DNA from: Porticoccaceae bacterium LTM1
GTDB lineage: Bacteria; Pseudomonadota; Gammaproteobacteria; Pseudomonadales; Porticoccaceae
DNA length: 24,000 nucleotides
Direction: 5' to 3'
Assembly (NCBI GenBank): GCA_030252795.1
Contig: CP127080.1
Span: 328,536 to 352,535 of the forward strand
Numbering within the stretch: position 1 is the first letter of the stretch; every line of letters begins with the position of its first letter. Shown one piece after another: positions 9,074 to 17,419 of this stretch. The position numbers were made by a program, and so were the translations under genes. Below the pieces are notes generated by a model that was not told the DNA's origin, did not search any database, and worked only from the letters and a program-made list of their open reading frames with translations.

Positions 9074-9382
9074 TTGAAGGGCTCATCGGGTCAATTTTTA
9101 ATGTCTTTGTTTTGCATAATAGCTCATTTCAGGAACAAAGTTTCCTTTCGTGCAGCTAATGTGACAAAAGATCATCAAGAAAGTTATATTTAGTATGCAC
9201 GTACTATATATTTGTGCTTTGTAAGTATCACTTTCTAATATTTGTGCCTATATTGGTGTTTTGTATTTGTTTGTGGTGTCATTTTAGATCTGTCGTTAAC
9301 AGGGTGGCGGGTCTTCTGGGATAAATAGCAACAAAATTCCCGCAACTTTGGATTAAAATTTCACCCAATTGTAAATATAGAC

Positions 9383-11095
9383 ATGAATTCATCTAATTTT
9401 CTGGATACAAGCGATATGCAACGACTGATTGATTACATCAACCAGGCCGTCATTGGTGAACGGCAGCAGATTGAAACCTCCTTTGGTGTTAAGCCATTGG
9501 TTTATGCGGATTACACTGCCTCTGGCCGCTCACTGGATTTCATTGAAAACTTTATCCAGCAACGAGTAATGCCTTATTACGCCAATACTCATACTGAGAC
9601 TTCCTACACCGGTATGCAGACTACCCTGCTGCGTGAGCAGGCTCGCGATATCATCAAGAAGTCTTTGAACTGTGGTGAAGATGACCTGGTTATTTTCTGT
9701 GGCCCGGGAGCTACCGCAGCAGTTAACAAGATGATTGATGTCCTCAATATGCGTCTGCCGGCTAATCTCAACGATGAATATGGATTTCTGGACCAGATTC
9801 CGGCTGAGAAACGCCCGGTTGTGTTTATCGGTCCTTACGAGCACCACTCCAATGAGCTGCCATGGCGCGAGAGTATTGCCGATGTGGTAACTATTCCGCT
9901 GAAGCACAGTGGTGCAATGGATCTCGAGAAGTTGGAAGAAGAGCTGGTTCGCTATAAAGATCGTCCGCTGAAGATCGGCAGCTTCTCTGCGGCTTCCAAC
10001 GTGACCGGTCTGAAAACCGATGTGGATACTATCGCCAAGCTGTTGCACAACCACGGCGCCATCTCCTTCTGGGACTATGCGGCGGCGTCTCCTTATGTTG
10101 GCATCGATATGAACGGCGATGAAGGCGCTTACAAAGACGCTGTGTTTATCTCCCCGCACAAATTTGTTGGCGGTCCGGGTACTCCTGGCGTTCTGGTTGT
10201 GAAAAAACAACTGCTGACCAACCGCGTGCCGGCAATTGTAGGTGGCGGTACCGTGAAATATGTGACTCCCGAAGATCACCTGTATGCCGATCACCTTGAG
10301 CGTCGTGAAGAGGGTGGTACCCCGGCGGTTATTGAGTCCATCCGTACCGGTCTGGTATTCCAGCTGCAGGCGGCTGTGGGCACCAAAGAGATCGAACATC
10401 GTGAGCACGATTTTGTGACCCGTGCTATCGCTCGCTGGCGCAATAACCCGAATATTGAAATTCTGGGCTGCCCGGATGCCGAGCGCCTGTCCATTATCTC
10501 CCTGCAACTGAAGCACAAAGGCAAGTACCTGCACTACGGTTTTGTCGTAGCGCTGCTCAACGACCTGTTTGGTGTTCAGTCTCGCGGTGGTTGTTCCTGT
10601 GCCGGTCCTTACGGCCATGAACTGCTTGGTATGGATATGGAATACAGCAAGGCGCTGGAAGCGGAAATGACCAATGGCCTGATGGTAATGCGTCCGGGCT
10701 GGGTGAGAATGAACTTCAACTACTTCATTGATGAAGAGACTTTTGAGTACATTCTGCGTGCGGTTGAGCTGGTCGCTGAACACGGCTATAAGCTGATGCC
10801 ATACTACCGCTTTGATCAGGCCCACGGCGTTTGGTTGTACCAAAACCGTCGCATGCCGATTTCTGTAAGTCTTGAGGACATCAGCTACGAGTCTGGTGAG
10901 TTCCAGATTCCTGCCAACAAGTTGGGCAAAGAAGAACAGCCGCTGTCACACTTTATGGCGCTGGCTGAGCAGGAGCTGACTCGTGGCAGTCGCGATGGCG
11001 AGATTTACACTCTGGAGCTGCCGGAAAGTGCCGAAGCGTTGCGTTGGTTCAGTTTGCCTCAGGATGAAAATAGCGAAGTGGAACTGACTGCGTGA
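9383..11095 (+). CDS. Class V aminotransferase-fold PLP enzyme. Resembles group II (SufS/CsdA-like) cysteine desulfurase or desulfinase, with a roughly 150-aa C-terminal extension (570 aa).
   Basis: PLP-lysine context ISPHKFVGGPGTPGVLVV. Active-site loop SRGGCSCAGPY fits the group II pattern R-x-G-x-x-C-A-x-P (SufS RAGHHCAQP). YANTHTE lies near the N-terminus. Confidence 0.85.
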   Translation: MNSSNFLDTSDMQRLIDYINQAVIGERQQIETSFGVKPLVYADYTASGRSLDFIENFIQQRVMPYYANTHTETSYTGMQTTLLREQARDIIKKSLNCGEDDLVIFCGPGATAAVNKMIDVLNMRLPANLNDEYGFLDQIPAEKRPVVFIGPYEHHSNELPWRESIADVVTIPLKHSGAMDLEKLEEELVRYKDRPLKIGSFSAASNVTGLKTDVDTIAKLLHNHGAISFWDYAAASPYVGIDMNGDEGAYKDAVFISPHKFVGGPGTPGVLVVKKQLLTNRVPAIVGGGTVKYVTPEDHLYADHLERREEGGTPAVIESIRTGLVFQLQAAVGTKEIEHREHDFVTRAIARWRNNPNIEILGCPDAERLSIISLQLKHKGKYLHYGFVVALLNDLFGVQSRGGCSCAGPYGHELLGMDMEYSKALEAEMTNGLMVMRPGWVRMNFNYFIDEETFEYILRAVELVAEHGYKLMPYYRFDQAHGVWLYQNRRMPISVSLEDISYESGEFQIPANKLGKEEQPLSHFMALAEQELTRGSRDGEIYTLELPESAEALRWFSLPQDENSEVELTA

Positions 11096-11149
11096 TCGGA
11101 CGCAATTTAAAGTCTGACTGTTCGCTGTTTAATTGAGCAGTATCAAACA

Positions 11150-11911
11150 GTGGAATTAGCAGTTGGTGCTATTGTCGGCCTGGTATTGGGCATGACAGGC
11201 GCGGGCGGTGCCGTATTTGCGGTACCGCTTTTTATGTTGCTACTCGGGTACAGCACCAGTCATGCGGCGGGAATGTCGCTGGGTGTAGTGAGTATCAGTG
11301 CCATGGTTGGTGTGGCAACCCGTCTGCCGCAAAAGTTGATCTGCTGGCGCACAGCGGCGGCTATGATTGCCGGAGGTGCGTTACTGGCGCCAGTGGGACG
11401 TTGGTTGTCCATGCAGCTGGACGAGCGTTTAAAGCTTGTTGGATTCTCGTTGCTGGCGCTGTTTATTGCTGTTCGGATGATTCTGCAGGCGCGCAGTCAT
11501 CGCAAAGCGGTGAAAAATGACCAGCCACTGCCCCAGCAGCGCGAAGTTAGCTGGAGTATTTTGGCGTTGACCGGTGCTGCAACCGGGCTGCTGTCTGGGT
11601 TATTTGGAGTTGGTGGCGGCTTTTTCGTGGTGCCGATTCTGACGTTGTTTGTCGGAATGGCCATGAAGCGTGCCGCCGCGACGTCACTGCTGGTTATTTC
11701 AGTGGTGAGCACCGTGGGTTTTGGTTCTCACTTAATGTTGCAGCCAATGAGCGACTGGTCGGTGCTGTTGGAAATCACCGCTGGTGCAGTGACAGGTATG
11801 ATTATTGGCACGCTGGTTACTCGATGGGTATCAGGGCCTAAATTGCAGGAAATTTTTGCCACCTGCGTGGTCGGCTTGGTTTCAATTACATTAGTACAAG
11901 AATTTTTATAA
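11150..11911 (+). CDS. TauE/SafE family anion (sulfite-type) exporter.
   Basis: About eight hydrophobic helices. The duplicated signature G(M/L)xGxGGxxFxVPxL appears at GMTGAGGAVFAVPLF and GLFGVGGGFFVVPIL. The GTG start at 11150 is uncertain. Confidence 0.8.
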   Translation: MELAVGAIVGLVLGMTGAGGAVFAVPLFMLLLGYSTSHAAGMSLGVVSISAMVGVATRLPQKLICWRTAAAMIAGGALLAPVGRWLSMQLDERLKLVGFSLLALFIAVRMILQARSHRKAVKNDQPLPQQREVSWSILALTGAATGLLSGLFGVGGGFFVVPILTLFVGMAMKRAAATSLLVISVVSTVGFGSHLMLQPMSDWSVLLEITAGAVTGMIIGTLVTRWVSGPKLQEIFATCVVGLVSITLVQEFL

Positions 11912-11929
11912 CAGGAGCGAGTGGTAGCT

Positions 11930-12625
11930 ATGTTATTCCGTCAATTGTTCGATGAGGTTTCCTATACCTACACTTACCTGATTGCCGATCGCGATAGCGG
12001 TAAAGCGCTGTTGATTGATCCGGTATTGGAAAAAGTGGATTTGTATCTCAATCTGCTGAAAGAGTTGGAATTGACTCTGGATAGCACCGTGGAAACCCAT
12101 GTTCACGCAGACCATGTAACGGCCGCTGGCAAATTGCGTGAGGCCACCGGTTGTACAGTAATTCAAGGTGAAAAGTCTGCCGCTGAAGGAGTGGACCAAC
12201 GCATTCACGACGGTGATGTGATCTCTGTCGGCAGCATTGACCTGAAGGTGTTGTACACCCCGGGCCATACCGACGATTCCTACTGCTTCCTGCTGGAAAA
12301 TAACGGACAGAACTATTTGTTTACCGGAGATACCCTGTTTATTCGCGGTACCGGGCGTACCGACTTCCAGCATGGTGATTCTGCCGATCATTTTAATTCC
12401 ATCACCACCAAGTTGCTCTCCTTACCGGAAGAGACTCTGGTATATCCGGGGCACGACTACAAAGGTATGACGGTTAGCACCATCGGTGAAGAGAAGCGCT
12501 TTAATCCGCGTCTGCAGGTTAGCGATGCAGAAGGTTATGCCGAAATTATGGATAGCCTCAACTTGCCAAAACCAAAACTGATTGATGTGGCTGTTCCTGC
12601 TAACCTGAAGTTGGGAATGGAATAA
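11930..12625 (+). CDS. Persulfide dioxygenase (ETHE1-type, MBL fold).
   Basis: MLFRQLFDEVSYTYTYLI..., THVHADH metal motif, YTPGHTDDS, RTDFQHGD, YPGHDYKG and NLPKPKLIDVAVPANLKLG run collinear with human ETHE1 as I recall it. The ATG at 11930 has AGGAG 12 nt upstream. The track's GTG at 11921 sits too close to the SD. Confidence 0.9.
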   Translation: MLFRQLFDEVSYTYTYLIADRDSGKALLIDPVLEKVDLYLNLLKELELTLDSTVETHVHADHVTAAGKLREATGCTVIQGEKSAAEGVDQRIHDGDVISVGSIDLKVLYTPGHTDDSYCFLLENNGQNYLFTGDTLFIRGTGRTDFQHGDSADHFNSITTKLLSLPEETLVYPGHDYKGMTVSTIGEEKRFNPRLQVSDAEGYAEIMDSLNLPKPKLIDVAVPANLKLGME

Positions 12626-12646
12626 CAGCTTACGTATTCGTGATGT

Positions 12647-12845
12647 GAAAAAGCCCTGCAATACAGTAATACTGTTCACTTAAGTTATCGGAAGTACTTG
12701 TCATCCCCGCGTAGGCGGGGATCCATTTCGAAAAGTACTCAAAATGGTGGATTATCGCCTCCGGCGCTCAATGCTTAGTCCCGCCTACGCGGGAATGACG
12801 ATACTTCTTAAGTGAGTCACATTACTGCAAAGCAGGTTTTTTTTG
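12647..12845. repeat. Roughly 200-bp nested palindromic (MITE-like) element carrying the same REP core as 351-421, between convergent genes.
   Basis: Inner hairpin units are at 12705-12720 and 12779-12794. The arms extend outward through CACTTAAG (12677-12684) / CTTAAGTG (12807-12814) and CAGTAAT / ATTACTG. They end at AAAAAGCCCTGC (12647-12658) / GCAGGTTTTTTTT (12832-12844). Confidence 0.65.
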
Positions 12846-12879
12846 TCTAAAAAATCACTGGACTGATAAGTTCTTAATT

Positions 12880-13623
12880 CTAGCGAGAGCCAATTTGATG
12901 CTGCCGACGAACAGCTGGCAGCAAATTAACAAAGGCTCCAAATACCTGGTTGGCCAGTTGCTGGCTGCGAGGTAAATGTTCGGTGGTAGCCTCTTTGATC
13001 TGTTGTGCGGTAACCCCGCCCAGAGTTGCCAGCTCGTCTTTGTGAGCGGGAAGATTTACCCAGCGTCGAATTAATTGTTGGCATGCTTCCAGGTGAAATT
13101 GAAAGCCATAGGCATTGTGGCCAGCCCGAAAGGCCTGATTAACGCAGTTCTGACCCTGTAATAAAAGCTCGGCAGTTTTGGGCAGCTCAAATGTATAACC
13201 GTGCCACTGAAATATCTGTTCGGTTTTTTCGAAATGGCAGGCGACAGGATCGGTAGACCCTCTATCAGTGCGATGTAGCTCATGCCAGCCAATCTCTGGC
13301 TTTTCTATTCGATAAACTCTCGCCCCCAGTGCGCTGGCCAGTAGTTGTGCTCCAAGGCAGATACCCAGTATTGGAAGCTCTAATTCCAGCGCTTCCCTGA
13401 GTGCCTGTTTTTCAAGTTCGAGGTGTGGGTATTGATGCTCTTCACCGATATTCATCGGGCCACCTAATACAATCAGTCCACCGTAATTTTTAAGAGGCGG
13501 AATTTCTGCATCGGTTCGGGCAAAGTTGATATACCGAATGCGATGACGGTGTTCTCGCAATAGCGGGTCGAGCAGTCCGAGCGGCTCATAAGGAACGTGC
13601 TGAAAAACCAGTATCTTTGCCAT
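12880..13623 (-). CDS. Class I glutamine amidotransferase (GATase1, GMP-synthase-like domain only).
   Basis: Begins MAKILVFQHVPYEPLG. Nucleophile elbow LGICLGAQLL and FQFHLE (His-Glu). The start at 13623 is chosen over the track's 13710 because family members begin at the beta-strand KILV. Confidence 0.82.
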   Translation of the reverse strand: MAKILVFQHVPYEPLGLLDPLLREHRHRIRYINFARTDAEIPPLKNYGGLIVLGGPMNIGEEHQYPHLELEKQALREALELELPILGICLGAQLLASALGARVYRIEKPEIGWHELHRTDRGSTDPVACHFEKTEQIFQWHGYTFELPKTAELLLQGQNCVNQAFRAGHNAYGFQFHLEACQQLIRRWVNLPAHKDELATLGGVTAQQIKEATTEHLPRSQQLANQVFGAFVNLLPAVRRQHQIGSR

Positions 13624-13821
13624 GGGCAAAGCATAGCCTATTTGTGCTGTCGAAAAAGTGACCAGTTCTCGTGAGCCTTTGCCCCGCCTGGGCTTGAGAA
13701 GGTTATCCACAGTTTGTCATCGAAACCATCCCACGAAATTGTGGATTGCCATTTATGCTCACAACTTCCACGGGTGGTTAAAAAACACAGTACACTTGGC
13801 GCTTTTTAAAAGGGATGAACC

Positions 13822-14997
13822 ATGAACCCGGGTGTATTGGCACTTTCACTTTGTCAGGCGTTGTTAACCACTGGCAATGTACTGCTGGTTTCAGTCACGG
13901 CGCTTATTGGCCAATGGCTGGCGCCCGATGAAGCATTGATCACTTTTCCAGTGGCAATGCAGTTTCTGGGCTTGATGTGCGCCACCATTCCCGCCTCATT
14001 TATCATGGATAAAGTGGGTCGCAAGCGTGGTTTTGTGTTGGGCAACATAGTCGGAATACTCGGTGCGATTTGCTGTATTCGGGCTTTGTACACAGAGGCC
14101 TTTGCTCTTTTGTGTGTTGGGACCTTTATGTTGGGAATTGGCATTGGCTTTGGCACCCTATATCGCTTTGCAGCGGTAGAGTTGAGTGATAAGGGGCAGC
14201 AGGTGAGAGCCATCTCCATTGTCATGGCCGGAGGTGTTCTGGCGGCTATCGCCGGGCCAAACCTGGCGGTATACAGTCAGAGCCTGGTTGCCGATACACC
14301 TTTTGTGGGGGCGTTCTGGGGCTTGTTGGTTCTCTACATGCTGGCCATTACGGTTTTGATATTTGTACGTTTTCCAGCACGTAGAACCGACCATGCTGAT
14401 GAAGTGACTCGACCATTGATGGAAATTATCAGGCAGCCTGTATTTATAGTATCGGTACTGGTGGCGATGGTCAGTTACACAGTGATGAACCTTTTGATGA
14501 CGGCAACACCTTTGGCGATGACGGGTTGTGGGTTCAGTTTTCAGCAGGCCGCGGGAGTGATCCAGTTGCATGTTTTGGGAATGTTTATTCCCGGCTTCTT
14601 TACCGGCAAGCTGATTGCCCGCTTCGGAACAATACCTATGATCACAGTTGGTGGCTTGCTGTTGCTGGCTTGTATTTCCATCAACCTGAATGGCCAGAGC
14701 CAGTGGCATTTTTCTGCTGCGCTTCTGCTGTTGGGGGTTGGCTGGGCGTTTATGTTTATCAGCGCCACCCATATGGTGACCGGGTCATATCGTGATTCAG
14801 AAAAGCCAAAAACACAGGCAACAAATGAATTCCTGATATTCAGTATGGTGGCCTTGTCGGCACAGGCATCGGGTTGGTTGGAGGCATCGCTTGGTTGGGA
14901 GCGAATGAATTTAATCTGTATACCTGTGGTGGTTCTGGTGATTGCGGTGGTGTTGTTTGTCGGCTCCAGGGCAAGACCCGTGAACGCCAGCGGCTGA
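13822..14997 (+). CDS. MFS transporter (391 aa).
   Basis: About twelve hydrophobic segments. MFS loop motif MDKVGRKRG between TM2 and TM3. Confidence 0.85.
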   Translation: MNPGVLALSLCQALLTTGNVLLVSVTALIGQWLAPDEALITFPVAMQFLGLMCATIPASFIMDKVGRKRGFVLGNIVGILGAICCIRALYTEAFALLCVGTFMLGIGIGFGTLYRFAAVELSDKGQQVRAISIVMAGGVLAAIAGPNLAVYSQSLVADTPFVGAFWGLLVLYMLAITVLIFVRFPARRTDHADEVTRPLMEIIRQPVFIVSVLVAMVSYTVMNLLMTATPLAMTGCGFSFQQAAGVIQLHVLGMFIPGFFTGKLIARFGTIPMITVGGLLLLACISINLNGQSQWHFSAALLLLGVGWAFMFISATHMVTGSYRDSEKPKTQATNEFLIFSMVALSAQASGWLEASLGWERMNLICIPVVVLVIAVVLFVGSRARPVNASG

Positions 14998-15031
14998 GAG
15001 CAGTCCGCTGGCTGTCCAGGCCAGCCGAGTT

Positions 15032-15961
15032 TCAGGGGGCGAGCTTGGGTTTGAGCTCGGACAATTGCTGGGAAAGCTGGTCCACTTGGCTAGGGTTTGA
15101 CACTCGAAGAACCTCTCGGCCGCGATGAGTAATCAGCAGGGTTGGCGCATCTTTCACTGCGAACCGGTGAAATGTACGCTGGCCGTTATCGATCACAAGC
15201 GGGTGGTTGACCCTATGGCGCTCGCGGTAGTCTGACAGCATCTCGGGGTTGGTCCACAGAGGTGACAGCACTCCTGTCCAGTCCAGTTCCGGGTGGCGCA
15301 GTTGCAGGGCGTTGATGGCTGCCTGAGCCTGAATGCAGCTCTGTGCCATTGCCGGGTGTGATTCCTGAAAATATTGATCGCACCAGGCAATGGTAAAAAA
15401 CAGCGCCTGTGGACGGTTGCTGGTGAGTTTCAGATCGACAGTGCCATTGTTGGCATTTTGGGTAAGTGACGCCAGCTTTCGCTCCAGCGCAGGGGTGGCA
15501 TCGTGACTCCGGTGGAGGATTCGTCCCTGCTTGTCGAGCAGGATGTGATCGGGGGTTTCCAGAGTGTTAAAAGCCGCCGCCAGCTCGCCCAGGTTGTCTG
15601 CGGCCATGGGTAGTGTCAGTTGAAGCTGCTCCACTAGATCATCAATCGCCTCGGCGCTGTCGTTCAAGTCGAGGTTGACGCCGATAAACTCAATCTGGTC
15701 GCCATACTGCTCGTAGCTCTTTTGGAACTGGGGCATCTGCTGCCGACAGGGCGCGCACCAACTGGCCCAGATTTTCAGGTAGACTGGTTTTTTGCCCAAG
15801 TAATCTGCTAGGGTAAACCGGCTGCCATCCGGCCGAGTGAGCGAGGCGTCGAGGTAGGCTGCCTGCAGGTTAGTGTCGAGCTTTCTCTCACCACCAATTG
15901 CGAATTGAGATGCTGCGATTAGGCAGAGCGGCATCAACCATCGAATCAATCTATTTGTCAT
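15032..15961 (-). CDS. Secreted TlpA/redoxin-like thiol:disulfide oxidoreductase with a second, degenerate thioredoxin-like domain (309 aa).
   Basis: Signal peptide MTNRLIRWLMPLCLIAASQFA. The first domain has YLKIWASWCAPCRQQMP (CxxC). The second half has FFTIAWCDQYFQ, where only the first Cys is retained. Confidence 0.75.
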   Translation of the reverse strand: MTNRLIRWLMPLCLIAASQFAIGGERKLDTNLQAAYLDASLTRPDGSRFTLADYLGKKPVYLKIWASWCAPCRQQMPQFQKSYEQYGDQIEFIGVNLDLNDSAEAIDDLVEQLQLTLPMAADNLGELAAAFNTLETPDHILLDKQGRILHRSHDATPALERKLASLTQNANNGTVDLKLTSNRPQALFFTIAWCDQYFQESHPAMAQSCIQAQAAINALQLRHPELDWTGVLSPLWTNPEMLSDYRERHRVNHPLVIDNGQRTFHRFAVKDAPTLLITHRGREVLRVSNPSQVDQLSQQLSELKPKLAP

Positions 15962-16028
15962 GTTTTTACCTTGATAGAGTGGGTAGGAGCTTCACCATAG
16001 CGATATTTATGCGGCGGGGATTGTATTT

Positions 16029-16958
16029 TTGCGACAGCTTGAACCACACATCGAACGTCTGGCGAATGCCTCCTATCCGCTAGGCCTGCAATGGTTCCCT
16101 GCGGCGCCGCTATTGCGTCGGTTTGTGTGCCACTACTGGCTGTTAAGGCGCGCGGATAATGGCCGCTGCCAACATGAGTTGCTTCACCCGGAGAACGGCT
16201 CTGGCATTGTGTTTCATCTGGGTGGGCGACTGGTCATCGATGGTGAGAGTTGGCAAGAGACAGTTGTGTATACTGGTTCGCACACGCGAACATTACCGCT
16301 GGAAATGAGCGGTGAAGTGCAGGCTTTTGGGGTGCGTTTTAAACCGGGTGGAGCGGCTGCGCTGTCGGGTGCGGTTGTCGAGTTGAAAAATCAGTATGCG
16401 CTGTTGTCGGAATTGGGCTGCGGAGGGGTGAGCGCCCTGCATCAGCAGTTGGCCGAGGCCAGTTCCGCTCAGGAGATGGTGGTGCGGGTTGAGAGTTGGC
16501 TGTTGCGGCATTTGCGCAGCGACTACGAGCTGGCATCGCCGGTCATGGAAGCGCTTGGTTTTATGGCTGATGCCCGCGGGATGGTTGGCATTGAAAGCGT
16601 AGCGGAGCAGCTGTCGCTTGGCCGGCGTTCGCTGGAAAGGATGTTTCGCAACTCACTGGGCATTACTCCGAAAGAGTGCACCAACGCCTATCGGATAGGC
16701 GAGGCGCGGCACCTTTTGATGAGTTCAACAGAATCGGGGGCGGATATTGCCAACCAGTTAGGCTACAGCGATCAGGCGCATTTTATTCGACAGTTCAGGC
16801 AGGTAGTGGGGCTGACCCCCAGTCAGTACCGTCAGCGCGATAGGTGTCAGCCTAGCGGCGAGTCTGAGTCTGGCGCAGTTTTCAGGCGGCCTACTACCAT
16901 TGCCCTGGCCAGGTTGATCCGCAGCCACAATGAGGTCAGCACAACAGCTGACACATGA
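16029..16958 (+). CDS. AraC family transcriptional regulator.
   Basis: C-terminal double HTH (SVAEQLSLGRRSLERMFRNSLGITPKEC ... IANQLGYSDQAHFIRQFRQVVGLTPSQYRQR). The TTG start at 16029 is uncertain. The last 45 aa or so run antisense to the next gene. Confidence 0.8.
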   Translation: MRQLEPHIERLANASYPLGLQWFPAAPLLRRFVCHYWLLRRADNGRCQHELLHPENGSGIVFHLGGRLVIDGESWQETVVYTGSHTRTLPLEMSGEVQAFGVRFKPGGAAALSGAVVELKNQYALLSELGCGGVSALHQQLAEASSAQEMVVRVESWLLRHLRSDYELASPVMEALGFMADARGMVGIESVAEQLSLGRRSLERMFRNSLGITPKECTNAYRIGEARHLLMSSTESGADIANQLGYSDQAHFIRQFRQVVGLTPSQYRQRDRCQPSGESESGAVFRRPTTIALARLIRSHNEVSTTADT

Positions 16959-17398
16959 ACGACAACCAAAAGAAATACCCCATCTACAATCCACTCGTGC
17001 CAGAGATCGGCGCCATTATCAAAGCCCCAGTCGGTATCTTGTAGCCAGCCTGTAAATGCCGCTGCACTCAGGCCAAACCACATCAGGTAGATAGCGATAG
17101 TTCCAAAGGGATTGTGTCCTACTTTTTGCGGGCGTTGACGGGTTTTCAATTCTTTTAGATGGTGCTGGGCACCAGTCAGGGTTGGAGCAAAGTTGCGCAG
17201 GTGGTTGGGACCTTTGGCAAAGCTGATGCCCCAAAGTATCCGCAAAATCACCAAGCCGAGAATGGCCCAGCCAAAATTGGTGTGCAATTCGTATCCCGGT
17301 TCTGTGAAAAAATAGTTAGCCAGGAACAGGGTAGCGACTGACCAGTGGATCAGTCGCACCAGAAGATCCCAGCTCCAGCGAGGTTGCTGATTACTCAT
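16847..17398 (-). CDS. Membrane di-heme cytochrome b (PF01292-type, b561/HyaC-like) family protein.
   Basis: Four TM helices with conserved His residues (RLIHWS, HTNFGW, GHNPFG, VVVHVSAV). Family-typical end NLARAMVVGR. Confidence 0.82.
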   Translation of the reverse strand: MSNQQPRWSWDLLVRLIHWSVATLFLANYFFTEPGYELHTNFGWAILGLVILRILWGISFAKGPNHLRNFAPTLTGAQHHLKELKTRQRPQKVGHNPFGTIAIYLMWFGLSAAAFTGWLQDTDWGFDNGADLWHEWIVDGVFLLVVVHVSAVVLTSLWLRINLARAMVVGRLKTAPDSDSPLG

Positions 17399-17419
17399 AA
17401 CTGGATGTGAATGCTGGAG

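Noticed and set aside
9530-10843. 437-aa ORF on the minus strand.
   Set aside because: It lies entirely antisense to the strongly supported class V PLP-enzyme gene. Its translation is low-complexity (runs of R, V, Q, H) with no recognisable motifs. It is a typical shadow ORF.
13624-13710. N-terminal extensions of track ORFs: GATase to 13710, TraB/GumN from 18681, b562 to 17893, persulfide dioxygenase from 11921.
   Set aside because: Internal starts give family-typical N-termini or signal peptides and have better-placed Shine-Dalgarno sequences. The extensions add non-conserved residues.
13854-14795. Several 75-204-aa ORFs on both strands within the MFS gene region.
   Set aside because: These are off-frame or antisense shadows of the MFS transporter gene, with arginine/proline/glutamine-rich nonsense composition.
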